From assembly GCA_965232515.1 (NCBI GenBank), contig CBDDPY010000002.1:5088001-5152000 (forward strand): DNA of 64,000 nt. Direction: 5' to 3'. Shown here piece after piece: positions 15,377 to 27,237 of this stretch; the first letter of the stretch is position 1; the number at the start of each line of letters is the position of its first letter. A model generated the notes under the pieces. It had not been told where the DNA came from. It saw only the letters and a program-made list of their open reading frames with translations, and made no database searches. The position numbers and the translations under genes were made by a program. This DNA is from Alphaproteobacteria bacterium. GTDB taxonomy: Bacteria > Pseudomonadota > Alphaproteobacteria > GCA-2731375.

Positions 15377-15461
15377 GCGACGTAAAAGGGAAGGTCTGAC
15401 CGGTCAGTCGGGGGTCGTTGACAGCAAAAGGGGCGCGCCAGAACGCGCGCCGGGCAAGATC

Positions 15462-18389
15462 ATGGCGACAAATCTGGAAACGACGTCGTTCCTCAGCGGC
15501 ACGAACAGCGTTTTCATCGAACAGCTCTATCAGCGTTATCTGAACAATCCCTCCTCCGTCGACCCGAGCTGGCAGGAGTTCTTCGCCGGCCTGGGCGAGG
15601 AGGTCGAGGCGGTGCTGGCCGAGGCGCAGGGCGCCAGCTGGTCGCCGCGCTCGGGCCTGGAAGTCCCGCCGGACGAATACGGCGTGGTCAGCGAGACCGA
15701 TACCTACGCGGCGGGGGCGCCCTATGTTCCGCATGTCGGGCCGGCCGTCTCGGCGGGGCATGTGCGACAGGCGACGCTGAACTCGATCCGCGCGCTGATG
15801 CTGATCCGGGCCTATCGCGTTCGCGGCCATCTGCAGGCGAACCTGGACCCGCTGGGCATCATGCAGCGCAGCGATCATCCGGAGCTCGACCCCAAGACCT
15901 ATGGCTTCACCGACGACGACCTGAACCGCCCGATCTTTATCAACTACGTCCTGGGCCTGGAATCGGCGACGCTGCGCGAGATCGTCGAGATCGTCAATCG
16001 CACCTACAGCAGTACGATCGGCGTCGAGTTCATGCACATGTCGGGGCCGGAGGAAAAGGCCTGGATCCAGGAACGCATCGAGGGGCCGCAGAAATCGATC
16101 AGCCTGAACGTGCATGAAAGGCGGGCGCTGCTGCGCAAGCTGACCGAGGCCGAGGGCTTCGAGAAGTTCCTGCACGTGAAGTATACCGGCACCAAGCGTT
16201 TCGGCCTGGACGGCTCGGAGACCTTGATGCCGCTGCTGGACGCGATCTGCGAACGCTCGGCCCAGATGGGCGTCAACGAGGTCTGCGTCGGCATGCCGCA
16301 CCGCGGCCGCCTGAACGTATTGTCGAACTTCATGATGAAGCCGTTCACGGCGATCTTCTCGGAATTCCAGGGCAACGCCGCGAACCCGGAAGACGTCGGC
16401 GGCTCCGGCGACGTGAAATACCATCTCGGCACGTCCGCCGACCGCGAGTTCGGCGGCCGCATGGTGCACCTGTCGCTGTCCGCCAATCCCTCGCATCTGG
16501 AAGCGGTCGATCCGGTCGTGCTGGGCAAGGCGCGGGCGAAGCAGACCCAGATCGGCGACCATGACCGCAACGAGGTCATGGGCCTGCTGATGCATGGCGA
16601 TGCCGCCTTTGCCGGCCAGGGACTGGTGGCCGAGTGCCTGATGCTGTCGGACCTGCCGGGTTACTCCACCGGTGGCACCATCCACGTCATCATCAACAAC
16701 CAGATCGGCTTCACCACAAATCCGAACCTCGGCCGCTCGTCGCCCTATCCGTCCGATGTGGCGAAGACGGTCAACGCGCCGGTGTTCCACGTGAACGGCG
16801 ACGATCCAGAGGCCGTGATCCATGTCGGCCATATCGCCGCCGAGTTCCGCCTGCGGTTCCAGCGCGATGTCGTCATCGACATGTTCTGTTATCGCCGGCA
16901 TGGCCACAACGAAGGCGACGAGCCGGCCTTTACCCAGCCGCTGATGTACCGCGCCATCGCCCAGCATCCGACGGTGCGGCAGGTCTATGCCGGGAAGCTG
17001 GTCGCGGAAAATGTCGTCACCCAGCCGGAAGCCGACACCATGGTGTCCGACTTCCAGGCTCGGCTCGAGCAGGAATTCGAGGCCGCCAGCGGCTACAAGC
17101 CGAACAAAGCGGACTGGCTGGAAGGCGCCTGGTCCGGGATCGAACGGGCCAAGGGCGAGGCGCGCCGCGGCGACACGGCGGTCAAGCTGGCGGCGCTGAA
17201 AAAGATCGGCGACCGGCTGACGACCGTGCCGAACGATTTCAACGCGCATCGCACCATCCGCCGGCTGCTGGACAACAAGAAGAAGATGTTCGATGCCGGC
17301 GAGGGCTTCGACTGGGCGACGGCCGAGGCGCTGGCCTTCGGCTCGTTGCTGCTGGAAGGCTATTCAGTCCGGTTGTCGGGTCAGGACTCGGCCCGCGGCA
17401 CCTTCTCGCAGCGCCATGCCGACCTGATCGATCAGAAGGACGAGCGGATCTACACCCCGCTTAACAATATCGATGCCAAGCAGTCGCGGTTCGAGGTCAT
17501 CAACAGCCCGCTCTCGGAAGCGGCCGTATTGGGCTACGAATACGGCTACAGCCTGACCGATCCGCAATGCCTGGTTATGTGGGAAGCCCAGTTCGGCGAT
17601 TTCGCCAACGGCGCCCAGGTCATCGTCGACCAGTTCATCTCCTCGGCCGAAATGAAGTGGCTGCGCATGAGCGGCCTCGTCATGCTGCTGCCGCACGGCT
17701 TCGAGGGACAGGGGCCGGAGCACTCCTCGGCCCGGCTCGAGCGCTATCTGCAGCTGTGCGCCGAAGACAATATGCAGGTCGCCTATTGCACGACGCCGGC
17801 GAACTACTTCCACGTCCTACGCCGGCAGCTGCACCGGCAGTTCCGCAAGCCGCTGATCCTGATGACGCCGAAGTCGCTGTTGCGGCACAAGCGCGCCGTC
17901 AGCAAGTTGAGCGAGATGGGTCCGGGGTCGACCTTCCATCGCGTCTACTGGGACGATCTGGAAACCTGCGGCGACAAATCGCTGGCGCCGGACGAGAAGA
18001 TCCGCCGCGTCGTGCTGTGCTCGGGCAAGGTCTACTACGACCTGTTCGAAGAGCGCGAAAAGGCGAAACGCAAGGGCGTCTACTTGATGCGTCTGGAGCA
18101 GCTTTATCCGTTCCCGAAGCGGCCGCTGGCGAAGGAGCTGGCGCGGTTCCCGAATGCCGAAATCTACTGGTGTCAGGAAGAGCCGCAGAATATGGGCGCC
18201 TGGTGGTTCGTGAAGCCACGGGTCGAGCAGGTTCTGAAGCAGCTCGACCACAAATGCAGTGTCATGAAGTATGCCGGGCGGCCGGAATCGGCCGCCACCG
18301 CCACGGGCTTGCTGCGGGTGCATAACGAGGAGCAGTCGCGCCTGCTGCGCGAGGCGCTGGGCGGCAGGGCCCAGGAAGACAGGACGTAA
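15462..18389 (+). CDS. sucA: 2-oxoglutarate dehydrogenase E1
   Basis: [40 protein letters not shown]. Confidence 0.99.
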   Translation: MATNLETTSFLSGTNSVFIEQLYQRYLNNPSSVDPSWQEFFAGLGEEVEAVLAEAQGASWSPRSGLEVPPDEYGVVSETDTYAAGAPYVPHVGPAVSAGHVRQATLNSIRALMLIRAYRVRGHLQANLDPLGIMQRSDHPELDPKTYGFTDDDLNRPIFINYVLGLESATLREIVEIVNRTYSSTIGVEFMHMSGPEEKAWIQERIEGPQKSISLNVHERRALLRKLTEAEGFEKFLHVKYTGTKRFGLDGSETLMPLLDAICERSAQMGVNEVCVGMPHRGRLNVLSNFMMKPFTAIFSEFQGNAANPEDVGGSGDVKYHLGTSADREFGGRMVHLSLSANPSHLEAVDPVVLGKARAKQTQIGDHDRNEVMGLLMHGDAAFAGQGLVAECLMLSDLPGYSTGGTIHVIINNQIGFTTNPNLGRSSPYPSDVAKTVNAPVFHVNGDDPEAVIHVGHIAAEFRLRFQRDVVIDMFCYRRHGHNEGDEPAFTQPLMYRAIAQHPTVRQVYAGKLVAENVVTQPEADTMVSDFQARLEQEFEAASGYKPNKADWLEGAWSGIERAKGEARRGDTAVKLAALKKIGDRLTTVPNDFNAHRTIRRLLDNKKKMFDAGEGFDWATAEALAFGSLLLEGYSVRLSGQDSARGTFSQRHADLIDQKDERIYTPLNNIDAKQSRFEVINSPLSEAAVLGYEYGYSLTDPQCLVMWEAQFGDFANGAQVIVDQFISSAEMKWLRMSGLVMLLPHGFEGQGPEHSSARLERYLQLCAEDNMQVAYCTTPANYFHVLRRQLHRQFRKPLILMTPKSLLRHKRAVSKLSEMGPGSTFHRVYWDDLETCGDKSLAPDEKIRRVVLCSGKVYYDLFEEREKAKRKGVYLMRLEQLYPFPKRPLAKELARFPNAEIYWCQEEPQNMGAWWFVKPRVEQVLKQLDHKCSVMKYAGRPESAATATGLLRVHNEEQSRLLREALGGRAQEDRT

Positions 18390-18394
18390 CGGTC

Positions 18395-19720
18395 ATGATC
18401 GATATCAGTGTTCCCACCCTCGGCGAGTCAGTGACCGAGGCGACGGTCGCCCAGTGGTTCAAGCAGCCGGGCGATCAGGTCGAGCGCGACGAGGTGCTGG
18501 TCGAGTTGGAAACCGACAAGGTTGCGGTCGAGGTGCCGGCGCCCGCCGCCGGCACGCTGTCGGAGATCCTGGCCGAACCCGGCGCCAACGTCGCCGTCGG
18601 CGGCCTGCTGGCGCGCATCGACGAAAGCCAGGCCGGCGCGCCGGCCCCCGCGCCCGCCGCCGTGCCGGAACCCGTGGCGGCCGAGGCTGCGCCGGTTGCT
18701 GCCGCGGCCGCCGCGCCTGCGGCGCCGCCACCGCCGGCCGCGCCGGTCGCGACTGCGTCGGCCACGACGACGGCGCCGCTGTCGCCGGCCGTGCGTCGGC
18801 TGGTCGAGGAACACAATCTCGACGCCGCGCAGATCCCGGCGACCGGCAAGGGCGGCCGTCTGGTCAAGGACGACGTGCAGCGGTTCATCGCCAGCCTGAC
18901 ACAGCCCGTGGCGCCGGCACCCGCCCCCGCCGCACCGGCCCAGCCGGCCGCGCCCAGCGCCCCGCCGGCGGCGAAGCCGGCGCCGGTCGTGCATGCGACC
19001 GAGGGCGCGCGGCCGAACGCCGCGCGCGAGGAAATCGTGCGCATGACGCGGCTGCGTCAGCGCATCGCCGAACGTCTGAAGGACGCGCAGAACACGGCGG
19101 CCATGCTGACCACCTTCAACGAGGTGGACATGACCGCGGTGATGGCGGCGCGCAAGCAGTACCGCGATCTGTTCGAGCGCAAGCACAACGTGCGCCTCGG
19201 CTTCATGAGCTTCTTCGTGCGCGCCTGCGTGCTGGCCCTCAAGGAGGTGCCGGCCGTCAACGGCGAGATCGACGGCGAGAACATCGTCTACAAGAACTAC
19301 TACAACATCGGTGTCGCCGTGGGCACGCCGCAGGGGCTGGTCGTGCCGGTGCTGAAGGACGCCGACCAGATGGACTTTGCCGACGTCGAGTCGACGATCA
19401 ACGATTTCGGCCGCCGCGCCCGCGACGGCAAGCTGTCGATCGACGAGATGCAGGGCGGCACCTTCACGATTTCGAACGGCGGCGTCTACGGCTCGCTGAT
19501 GTCGATGCCGATCCTGAATCCGCCGCAATCCGGCATCCTGGGCATGCACAAGATCCAGGAACGGCCGATGGTGGTCGACGGCGAGGTCAAGGTCCGGCCG
19601 ATGATGTATCTGGCGCTGTCCTACGATCACCGCATCATCGACGGTCGCGAGGCCGTGACCTTCCTGGTGCGGGTCAAGGAGTGTATCGAGTCGCCCGAGC
19701 GGCTCATGCTGGGCATCTGA
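18395..19720 (+). CDS. sucB: Dihydrolipoamide succinyltransferase E2
   Basis: ELETDKV lipoyl motif, Ala/Pro linkers, [10 protein letters not shown]. Confidence 0.99.
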   Translation: MIDISVPTLGESVTEATVAQWFKQPGDQVERDEVLVELETDKVAVEVPAPAAGTLSEILAEPGANVAVGGLLARIDESQAGAPAPAPAAVPEPVAAEAAPVAAAAAAPAAPPPPAAPVATASATTTAPLSPAVRRLVEEHNLDAAQIPATGKGGRLVKDDVQRFIASLTQPVAPAPAPAAPAQPAAPSAPPAAKPAPVVHATEGARPNAAREEIVRMTRLRQRIAERLKDAQNTAAMLTTFNEVDMTAVMAARKQYRDLFERKHNVRLGFMSFFVRACVLALKEVPAVNGEIDGENIVYKNYYNIGVAVGTPQGLVVPVLKDADQMDFADVESTINDFGRRARDGKLSIDEMQGGTFTISNGGVYGSLMSMPILNPPQSGILGMHKIQERPMVVDGEVKVRPMMYLALSYDHRIIDGREAVTFLVRVKECIESPERLMLGI

Positions 19721-19745
19721 TCGTCACCAACGCCGGGAGCGCGCC

Positions 19746-21155
19746 ATGAGTGAAGAAAAGTTCGATGTGGTCTTCATCGGCGCCGGCCCCGGCGGCTATA
19801 TCGGCGCGATCAAGGCGGCGCAACTCGGCCTGAAGACCGCCTGCGTCGAAGCGCGCGGCAGCCTGGGCGGCACCTGTCTGAATGTCGGCTGCATTCCGTC
19901 GAAGGCGCTGCTGGAATCGTCGCACCATTTCGCCGCCGCCAAAGACATGGCCACGCACGGCATCAAGCTGCCCAACGTTGAGCTCGACCTGCCGACCATG
20001 CTGAAGCGCAAAGACGACGTCGTGGGCACGCTGACCAAGGGCATCGCCGGCCTGTTCAAGCAGAACAAGGTCGAGGACGTCAGAGGCTTCGGCAAGATCG
20101 TCGCCGCCGATAAGGTGGAAGTCGCCTTGGATGACGGCGGCACGCGGGTGCTGGAAACCGAAAACATCGTCATCGCCACCGGCTCGGAAGTGGCGACGCT
20201 GCCCGGCATCGAGATCGACGAGAAGACCATCGTCTCGTCGACCGGCGCGCTGACGCTGGAGAAGGTACCGGAGCATTTCGTCGTCATCGGCGGCGGCTAT
20301 ATCGGCCTCGAGATGGGTTCGGTCTGGGGCCGGCTCGGCGCCAAGGTGACGGTGGTCGAATTCCTCGACCGCATCACGCCGACCATGGACGCTGAGCTGT
20401 CGAAGCAGTTCCAGCGCATCCTTCGCCGCCAGGGCTTCGCGTTCAAGCTCGGCACCAAGGTCACCGAGGCCAAGAAGAACGGCAAGAACATCGAGCTGAC
20501 GCTGGAGCCGGCGGCCGGCGGCGAGGCCGAGAGCCTGAGCTGCGATGTCGTCCTTGTCGCGGTCGGGCGACGGCCGTTCACCGAAGGCCTGGGTCTGGCC
20601 GAGGTCGGGGTCAAGGTCGACAATCGCGGCTTCGTGCCCGTGGACGGCGACTTTCAGACCAATGTCGCCGGGATCTTCGCGATCGGCGATGTGCTGCCCG
20701 ACCGGCCGATGTTGGCGCACAAGGCCGAGGAGGAAGGCGTCGCCGTGGCCGAACTGATCGCCGGCCATACGGCGCACGTGAACTACGACGCCATTCCGGG
20801 CGTGGTCTACACCTGGCCGGAGGTCGCGTCGGTCGGCAAGACCGAGGAAGAGCTGAAAGAGGCCGGCATCAAATACAGTTCCGGCAAGTTCCCGTTCATG
20901 GCCAACAGCCGGGCGCGGGCCAGCGGCGACAGCGACGGTTTCGTCAAGATCCTGGCCGACGCCGAGACCGACCGGGTGCTGGGCGCGCATATCATCGGCC
21001 CCAATGCCGGCACGATGATCGCCGAGCTGGTGCTGGCGATGGAATACGGCGCCAGCACGGAAGACATTTACCGCACCTGCCACGCGCACCCGACGCTCAA
21101 CGAGGCGGTCAAGGAAGCCGCGCTCGCCGTCGCCGGCAAGCCCCTCAACATTTAG
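19746..21155 (+). CDS. lpdA: Dihydrolipoamide dehydrogenase E3
   Basis: [29 protein letters not shown]. Confidence 0.99.
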   Translation: MSEEKFDVVFIGAGPGGYIGAIKAAQLGLKTACVEARGSLGGTCLNVGCIPSKALLESSHHFAAAKDMATHGIKLPNVELDLPTMLKRKDDVVGTLTKGIAGLFKQNKVEDVRGFGKIVAADKVEVALDDGGTRVLETENIVIATGSEVATLPGIEIDEKTIVSSTGALTLEKVPEHFVVIGGGYIGLEMGSVWGRLGAKVTVVEFLDRITPTMDAELSKQFQRILRRQGFAFKLGTKVTEAKKNGKNIELTLEPAAGGEAESLSCDVVLVAVGRRPFTEGLGLAEVGVKVDNRGFVPVDGDFQTNVAGIFAIGDVLPDRPMLAHKAEEEGVAVAELIAGHTAHVNYDAIPGVVYTWPEVASVGKTEEELKEAGIKYSSGKFPFMANSRARASGDSDGFVKILADAETDRVLGAHIIGPNAGTMIAELVLAMEYGASTEDIYRTCHAHPTLNEAVKEAALAVAGKPLNI

Positions 21156-21183
21156 CGTATCCCCAACGTCCAAGCGTGGTAGC

Positions 21184-21295
21184 GCATGCTTCGAGACGCC
21201 GGCTTCGCCGGCGCCGCTAGCATGAGGTAAGGTACTGATATCAATAACAAACCTCATCATCCTGAGGTGCGGAGCGAAGCGGAGCCTCGAAGGAT
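21184..21295. repeat. REPIN-like element (two inverted REP-like hairpins around a short AT-rich spacer), copy 1
   Basis: gcatgcttcgagacgccggcttcgccggc...catgagg-taaggtactgatatca...cctcat-catcctgagg...gcctcgaaggat; closely matches the reverse complement of 57957..58063. Confidence 0.8.
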
Positions 21296-21370
21296 CGGCC
21301 ATCGCGTTCTGATCAATTCGACCCGGAATGACGATTGTCATTCCGCATCGCGTTTGCGTTAGGTACGGCG

Positions 21371-22588
21371 ATGCCCAGCGCCGGATTGATCGCGTTCATG
21401 TGCCTGACGCAGGTCGTCGGCATGTTGAGTTTCGCGACCTTTTCGGCCCTGCTGCCCACCTTTATCGACATCTGGTCGATCACGGGAACCGAGGCCGGCT
21501 GGCTGTCGGGCCTGTTCTATGCCGGCTATATGCTGGCCGTGCCGGTGTTGTCGGGACTGACAGACCGGATCGACGCGCGCCGCGTCTATCTCTGGAGCAT
21601 GGCGCTGACGGCCGCCGCGACGCTTGCCTTCGCGTTGCTCGCCGACGGCTTCTGGAGCGCCGTGCCGTTGCGGCTGCTGGCTGGCGCCGGTCTGGCCGGC
21701 ACCTATATGCCGGGCTTGAAGGCGCTGACCGACCGGCTGCCCGACGGCGCGCAGCCGCGCGCGGTCTCCTTCTACACGGCCAGCTTCGCCATCGGCTCAA
21801 GTCTGTCCTACCTGTTCGCCGGCGAGGTCGCGGCCGGGCTCGGCTGGCGCTGGGCCTTTGCGCTGCCCGCGGTGGGGATCGCCCTCTCGTTCCTGGTTGC
21901 TTACCTGATCCTGCGTCCGCGGCCGGTGGAGATCCCGGCCGGCGACGCCGAGACCTGGCTGCTCGATTTCCGGCCGGTGCTGCGGAACCGCGAGGCCATG
22001 GGCTACATCCTGGCCTACGCCGCGCATAACTGGGAGCTGTTCGGCTTCCGCTCCTGGATCGTCGTTTTCCTCGTGTTCAGCGCCAGCCTGCAGCCGGACG
22101 CGGCCGCCGGCTGGTGGGCGGCGACGACCATCGCCGCCGGCCTCAACCTGCTCGGCATGCCGTCGAGCGTGATCGGCAACGAGGTCGCGACACGCCTCGG
22201 CCGGCGCCGCGTCGTCGTCGCCATGATGCTGTGCTCGCTGACGATCGCCTGCCTGGTCGGCTTCGCGGCGGCGCTGCCGTTCGCGCTTGTCGTCGGGCTC
22301 TGCGTGCTGCACGCCGTGTTCATCACTTGCGATTCCGCCTCGATCACCACGGGCACGGTTCAGGCCGCGACGCCCGAGCGCAAGGGCGCGACCATGGCGC
22401 TGCATTCGTTCATCGGCTTCGCGCTGGCGTTTCTGGGCTCGCTGGCCCCTGGCGTCGTGCTCGATCTCGCCGGCGGCGCCGAAAGCCAGCTCGCCTGGGG
22501 CCTGGCCTTCGCCACCATGGGCGCCGGCCTGCTGCTCGGGCCGCTGGCGTTGTTCCTGCTGGCGAAGGGACGGTCGACGGCCGGCTAA
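21371..22588 (+). CDS. MFS transporter
   Basis: About 12 TM segments; LSGLTDRIDARRV (MFS motif A-like), GTYMPGLKAL; ATG at 21371. Confidence 0.85.
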   Translation: MPSAGLIAFMCLTQVVGMLSFATFSALLPTFIDIWSITGTEAGWLSGLFYAGYMLAVPVLSGLTDRIDARRVYLWSMALTAAATLAFALLADGFWSAVPLRLLAGAGLAGTYMPGLKALTDRLPDGAQPRAVSFYTASFAIGSSLSYLFAGEVAAGLGWRWAFALPAVGIALSFLVAYLILRPRPVEIPAGDAETWLLDFRPVLRNREAMGYILAYAAHNWELFGFRSWIVVFLVFSASLQPDAAAGWWAATTIAAGLNLLGMPSSVIGNEVATRLGRRRVVVAMMLCSLTIACLVGFAAALPFALVVGLCVLHAVFITCDSASITTGTVQAATPERKGATMALHSFIGFALAFLGSLAPGVVLDLAGGAESQLAWGLAFATMGAGLLLGPLALFLLAKGRSTAG

Positions 22589-23541
22589 CCGCCGGTCTTC
22601 GCGCGGGGGTGCGCGGTGCGGTAGATCTTCATCAGTTGTTCGGTATCGACCTCGGTATAGCGCTGCGTCGTCGACAGGCTGGCATGGCCGAGCAGTTCCT
22701 GGATCGCGCGCAGATCGCCGCCGGCGCCGAGCAGGTGCGTTGCGAAGCTGTGCCGTAGCGCGTGCGGCGTGGCGGATTGCGGCAGGCCCAACGCGCCACG
22801 CAGCTGCCGCATGCGCGCCTGCACGATGCCGGGGCTCAAGCGGCCGCCGCGGACGCCGATGAACAGCGGGTCCTGCGGCGCCAGCACCACCGGCACCAAC
22901 GCCAGATAGGTGTCGACCGCCTGGCGCACGATGTCGAGCACCGGCACCAGCCGTTCCTTGCCGCCCTTGCCGCGGATCAGCAGCGCGTCCGGCAGCGGCG
23001 CCTGATGCCGGTCGAGGCCGAGCGCCTCCGAAATGCGCAGCCCGCAGCCATAAAGCAATGTCAGGACGGCGACGTCCCGGGCGGCGACCCAGGGCGACGC
23101 GGCGAATGTCGCGGCCTGATCGAGCGCGTCGCCGGCATCCCTGACGGTCAGCGGTTTCGGCACGCTGTGCGGTAGTTTCGGCGTGCGGATTGCATCGATG
23201 GCCGCATTGCCGGCCCAACCGGTGTGTGCCGTGAAGCGGAAGAAGCTGCGCACGGCCGACATGGCGCGCGCCGTCGACGTCGCCTTCAGGTTGTCGCGCC
23301 GGCGTTGCGCCAGCCAGCTGCGGAAATCGGCCGGTCGCAGGCTTTCGAGATCGGAACGGCTCGGCGGGCCGCCCAGATGCGCGGCCATGAAGGCGAGGAA
23401 CGCCAGCAGATCACGGTGATAGGCGTCGAGCGTCGGCGCGGCGGCACGACGTTCCGAACGCAGCCAGGTATCCCAGCGGCGAACGGCGTCGGCGATTTCG
23501 GGGTCGAGCGGGTGTGTTGTCAGGCCGGCAGATGAAGCCAT
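22585..23541 (-). CDS. xerC: Tyrosine recombinase XerC
   Basis: LLYGCGLRISE, RGKGGKER, TPHALRHSFATH, LGHASLSTTQRYT; next to DUF484. Confidence 0.92.
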   Translation of the reverse strand: MASSAGLTTHPLDPEIADAVRRWDTWLRSERRAAAPTLDAYHRDLLAFLAFMAAHLGGPPSRSDLESLRPADFRSWLAQRRRDNLKATSTARAMSAVRSFFRFTAHTGWAGNAAIDAIRTPKLPHSVPKPLTVRDAGDALDQAATFAASPWVAARDVAVLTLLYGCGLRISEALGLDRHQAPLPDALLIRGKGGKERLVPVLDIVRQAVDTYLALVPVVLAPQDPLFIGVRGGRLSPGIVQARMRQLRGALGLPQSATPHALRHSFATHLLGAGGDLRAIQELLGHASLSTTQRYTEVDTEQLMKIYRTAHPRAKTGG

Positions 23542-24251
23542 CCGCGGATCAGCCGTTCCAGCATGCGGGCGAGGAAATTCAACAGCTCGGTGCCCTGACC
23601 GGGATGGAAGCGTTCGCTGTCCCGGCTGCCGAATGCCAGCAACCCGACCGGCGCGATGCGGCTGGCATGGAGGCGGAGCAGGGCCTGCGATCGGACCAGG
23701 CGCGTCGCCGGTCCGAACACGGCGGCTTCGCCCGGCATGTCGCTCGCCAGCAGGATGTCGCGGCCCTCGCCGATCAGCGCGTCGACCGAGCCCGGCTCGA
23801 GCACGAAGACGCCGGCCGTTTTGGCGCGGCGCGGACCGTCCTCGTCCGACTGCTCGACGCAGAGCGTGACGGCGTCGACGTCCAGCACCTGGGCCAGGTC
23901 CGTGGTGACGATGTGGATCAGATGCTCGAAGTTGGCCGCTTCCAGCAGCGACAGCGCGGCCTCGTGGACCTGCGCCTGCACCGACATGTTCGAGCGGCTG
24001 GCGGTGATCAACTCGCTTTGATAGTTGCGCAGCCGGTCGACCTCGTCCTGCAGGCGCCGCACCATGAACTGCTGCATGTCGTGCACATTGCGGCCCCCGG
24101 CGATGCCCGGCGGCGCGATCACCTCGACCAGATCCGGATTCTCGGTCAGGAAGTTCGGGTGGTCCCGCAGATAGGCCTCGACGTCATCGGCGGAAACGTG
24201 CGCGCGCGCCGATGTCGCCGACGGCGTGGAGCGTGTCTTTTCCGACGTCAT
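23520..24251 (-). CDS. DUF484 family protein (YigA-like)
   Basis: VEAYLRDHPNFL, GLLAFGSRDSERFHPGQGTELL; typical xerC partner. Confidence 0.85.
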   Translation of the reverse strand: MTSEKTRSTPSATSARAHVSADDVEAYLRDHPNFLTENPDLVEVIAPPGIAGGRNVHDMQQFMVRRLQDEVDRLRNYQSELITASRSNMSVQAQVHEAALSLLEAANFEHLIHIVTTDLAQVLDVDAVTLCVEQSDEDGPRRAKTAGVFVLEPGSVDALIGEGRDILLASDMPGEAAVFGPATRLVRSQALLRLHASRIAPVGLLAFGSRDSERFHPGQGTELLNFLARMLERLIRGWLHLPA

Positions 24252-24258
24252 GCCCGGA

Positions 24259-24933
24259 TCAGGACGCCGCGGCGCCCTCGAGGATGGTCTGGCCCGTCTT
24301 CTTCCAGTCGTTCAGGAAGGCGTCGAGGCCCTTGTCGGTAAGCGCGTGTTTGGCCAGCTGCCGCAGCACGTTGGGCGGGATCGTGGCGACGTCGGCGCCG
24401 AGCCGCGCGGCCTGCAACACCTGTCCCGGCGAGCGGATCGATGCCACCAGGACCTCGGTCTCGATCGCGTCGTAATTGTCATAGATCTCGACGATCTCGG
24501 CGATCAGGCTCATGCCGTCATGGCCGATGTCGTCGAGCCGGCCGACGAAGGGCGAAATGAACGTCGCGCCGGCCTTGCCGGCCAACAGCGCCTGATTCGC
24601 GGAAAAACACAACGTCACGTTCACCATCACGCCGGCCTGGGTCAGCGTCCGGCAGGCTTTCAGGCCGTCCCAGGTCAGCGGCACCTTGACGGTGATGTTG
24701 TCGGCCATATCGGCCAGCTTACGGCCCTCGCTGACCATGCCGTCGGTGTCGGTCGCCGTCACCTCGGCGCTGACCGGTCCATCGACGATGGCGCAGATCT
24801 CGCGCAAAACCTCGAAAAAGTCGCGGCCGGTCTTGGCGACGAGCGACGGATTCGTCGTCACGCCGTCGAGTAAACCGGTGGCGGCAAGGTCGCGAATCTC
24901 GTCGACGTCGGCGGTGTCGATAAAGAATTTCAT
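24259..24933 (-). CDS. tal: Transaldolase / fructose-6-phosphate aldolase (Fsa/TalC type)
   Basis: [37 protein letters not shown]. Confidence 0.93.
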   Translation of the reverse strand: MKFFIDTADVDEIRDLAATGLLDGVTTNPSLVAKTGRDFFEVLREICAIVDGPVSAEVTATDTDGMVSEGRKLADMADNITVKVPLTWDGLKACRTLTQAGVMVNVTLCFSANQALLAGKAGATFISPFVGRLDDIGHDGMSLIAEIVEIYDNYDAIETEVLVASIRSPGQVLQAARLGADVATIPPNVLRQLAKHALTDKGLDAFLNDWKKTGQTILEGAAAS

Positions 24934-25020
24934 CGGCGCTGTAATACTCGCAAAAGCGTTTCTGACATGGCCTTTGGACGTCGGTTGTCGACCGTTCGCC
25001 CGCTTGGCAGAGTGTAGCGG

Positions 25021-27237
25021 ATGCCAACCCCTACTACCAGTTTCGACGTCCCGGCGGAAGAGCCGGTCGGCCGCGTGCATGTGCTGTTGCCGCTGCCGCT
25101 GACGGGCGCCTACGACTACCGCATTGCAGACGGCATCGATGCCGGGCCGGGCTCGTTCGTCGTGGTGCCGTTGGGCCGTCGGCTGGTCGCGGGCGTAGTC
25201 TGGGGCGAGGGTCCGGCCGACGCCGCCGACGCGCTGCCCGACGACAAGCTGAAGGACGTGGTCGACACGCTGCCGGCGCCGGCGATGCCCGAGGTGATGC
25301 GGCGATTCGTCGATTGGGTGGCAGGCTATACCTGTTCGGCGCCGGGCGCGGTGCTGCGCATGGCGATGAGCGTGCCGGCGGCGCTGGAAGCGCCGAAGCC
25401 TCAGGTCGCTTATGTGCTGGACGGCCCGCCGCCGCCGCGCATGACCGCCGCGCGTGGCCGGGTGATCGATGCGCTGGTGGACGGACCGTCGCGCAGCTTG
25501 CGCGAGCTGACCGAACTCGCCGCCGTCGGCGCCGGCGTGGTGCGCGGGCTTGTCGCCGCCGGTACGCTGCGCGAAGTCCTGCGCACGGTGCCGTTCGACC
25601 AGCCGCAGCCCGATCCGGCGCGCGCCGGTCCGGCCCTGACCGAGACACAGGCAGACGCCGCGGCGGCGCTGATCCAACGTGTCGATGCCGGCGGCTTCTC
25701 GGCGACGCTGCTGGATGGCGTCACCGGCGCCGGCAAGACGGAGGTCTATTTCGAGGCCATCGCCCGGGCGCTCGAACGCGATCAACAGGTTCTGGTCCTG
25801 GTGCCGGAGATCGCCATGACCGCGCAATGGTTCGATCGTTTCCAGCAGCGCTTCGGCGCGGGGCCGGTGGAGTGGCATTCGGACCTGCGGTCGAGCCAGC
25901 GCCGGGCGAATTGGCGCGCCGTCGCCGAGGGCCGGGCGCGGGTCGTCGTCGGCGCGCGTTCGGCCCTGTTCCTGCCGTTCTCCGACCTCGGACTGATCGT
26001 CGTCGACGAGGAGCACGACGTCGCCTTCAAGCAGGAAGACGGCGTCATCTATCACGCCCGCGACATGGCCGTGGTGCGGGCCTCGCTGCAGGACGTGCCC
26101 ATCGTGCTGGTCTCGGCGACGCCGGCGCTCGAGACCATGGTCAATGTCGAGCAGGGGCGCTATGCGCTGCTGCATCTGCCGGGGCGGCCGGGCGCGGCGG
26201 AATTACCCGACGTTGGCGCCATCGACATGCGCAAGGATCCGCCGCCGCGCGGCCGGTTCCTGTCGCCGCTGCTGGCCGACGAAATCGCCACGACGTTGGC
26301 GGCGGGCGAGCAGGCGCTGCTGTTTCTGAATCGGCGCGGTTATGCGCCGCTGACGCTCTGCCGCGCCTGCGGCCATCGTCTGGAATGTCCGAACTGCACG
26401 GCCTGGCTGGTCGAGCACCGGTTCGCCGCGCGGCTGCAGTGCCACCATTGCGGGTTCGCGGCGCCGTTGCCCGAGACCTGCCCGAACTGCGATGCGGAGC
26501 AGAGCTTCGCGGCCTGCGGTCCCGGCGTCGAGCGGCTGCTGGAGGAGGTGGGCGCGCTGTTTCCCGACGCCCGTGCCCTGATGGTGGCGAGCGACACCGT
26601 GCACGGTCCCCGCGGCGCGGCCGAGGTCGTGCGCTCCATCGTCGAGCACGAGGTGGATCTGATCATCGGCACGCAGATCGTCGCCAAGGGTCTGAATTTT
26701 CCTTTGCTGACGCTGGTTGGCGTGGTCGATGCCGATCTCGGACTCGCCGGCGGCGATCTGCGCGCCGTCGAGCGCACCTATCAGCTGCTGAGCCAGGTTT
26801 CCGGCCGGGCCGGGCGGGCGGAGCGGCCGGGCCGGGCGCTGCTGCAGACCTACATGCCCGAGCATCCGGTGATGCAGGCGCTGGTGTCAGGCGACCGGCA
26901 GACCTTCATCGAGCGTGAGACCGAGGCGCGCCGCACCGCGCACATGCCGCCGTTCGCGCGCCTCGTCGCCGTCATCGTGTCGGGACCGGACGAGGCGCAG
27001 GTGGCGGATACCGCGGCGGCGCTGGGACGTTGCGCGCCGGCCAGCGACACCGTCGAGGTGCTGGGTCCGGCGCCGGCGCCGATGACGCTGCTGCGCGGCC
27101 GGTTCCGCTATCGCCTGTTGATGCGCACGCCGCGAAAGACCAATGCGTCCGAGCTCGCCCGCGCCTGGGTCGCCAAGGTCAAGCCGGCCGGCAACGTCCG
27201 TATCGCCGTCGACGTCGATCCCTACAGCTTCGTTTAG
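25021..27237 (+). CDS. priA: Primosomal protein N'
   Basis: [15 protein letters not shown], four CxxC pairs, [16 protein letters not shown]. Confidence 0.98.
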   Translation: MPTPTTSFDVPAEEPVGRVHVLLPLPLTGAYDYRIADGIDAGPGSFVVVPLGRRLVAGVVWGEGPADAADALPDDKLKDVVDTLPAPAMPEVMRRFVDWVAGYTCSAPGAVLRMAMSVPAALEAPKPQVAYVLDGPPPPRMTAARGRVIDALVDGPSRSLRELTELAAVGAGVVRGLVAAGTLREVLRTVPFDQPQPDPARAGPALTETQADAAAALIQRVDAGGFSATLLDGVTGAGKTEVYFEAIARALERDQQVLVLVPEIAMTAQWFDRFQQRFGAGPVEWHSDLRSSQRRANWRAVAEGRARVVVGARSALFLPFSDLGLIVVDEEHDVAFKQEDGVIYHARDMAVVRASLQDVPIVLVSATPALETMVNVEQGRYALLHLPGRPGAAELPDVGAIDMRKDPPPRGRFLSPLLADEIATTLAAGEQALLFLNRRGYAPLTLCRACGHRLECPNCTAWLVEHRFAARLQCHHCGFAAPLPETCPNCDAEQSFAACGPGVERLLEEVGALFPDARALMVASDTVHGPRGAAEVVRSIVEHEVDLIIGTQIVAKGLNFPLLTLVGVVDADLGLAGGDLRAVERTYQLLSQVSGRAGRAERPGRALLQTYMPEHPVMQALVSGDRQTFIERETEARRTAHMPPFARLVAVIVSGPDEAQVADTAAALGRCAPASDTVEVLGPAPAPMTLLRGRFRYRLLMRTPRKTNASELARAWVAKVKPAGNVRIAVDVDPYSFV

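Noticed and set aside
18630-18990. Repetitive GC-rich DNA in sucB (also the rplU tail) as a repeat array or CRISPR
   Set aside because: Encodes ordinary Ala/Pro linkers or Lys/Ala tails; no repeat-spacer periodicity and no cas genes in the window
21324-21345. Hairpin CGGAATGAC-gatt-GTCATTCCG before the MFS gene
   Set aside because: Probably abutting REP-end remnants; too short to assign a function
22585-23541. Tyrosine recombinase as an island integrase
   Set aside because: It looks like housekeeping XerC in the usual DUF484 context with host codon usage; nothing links it to the tRNA islet
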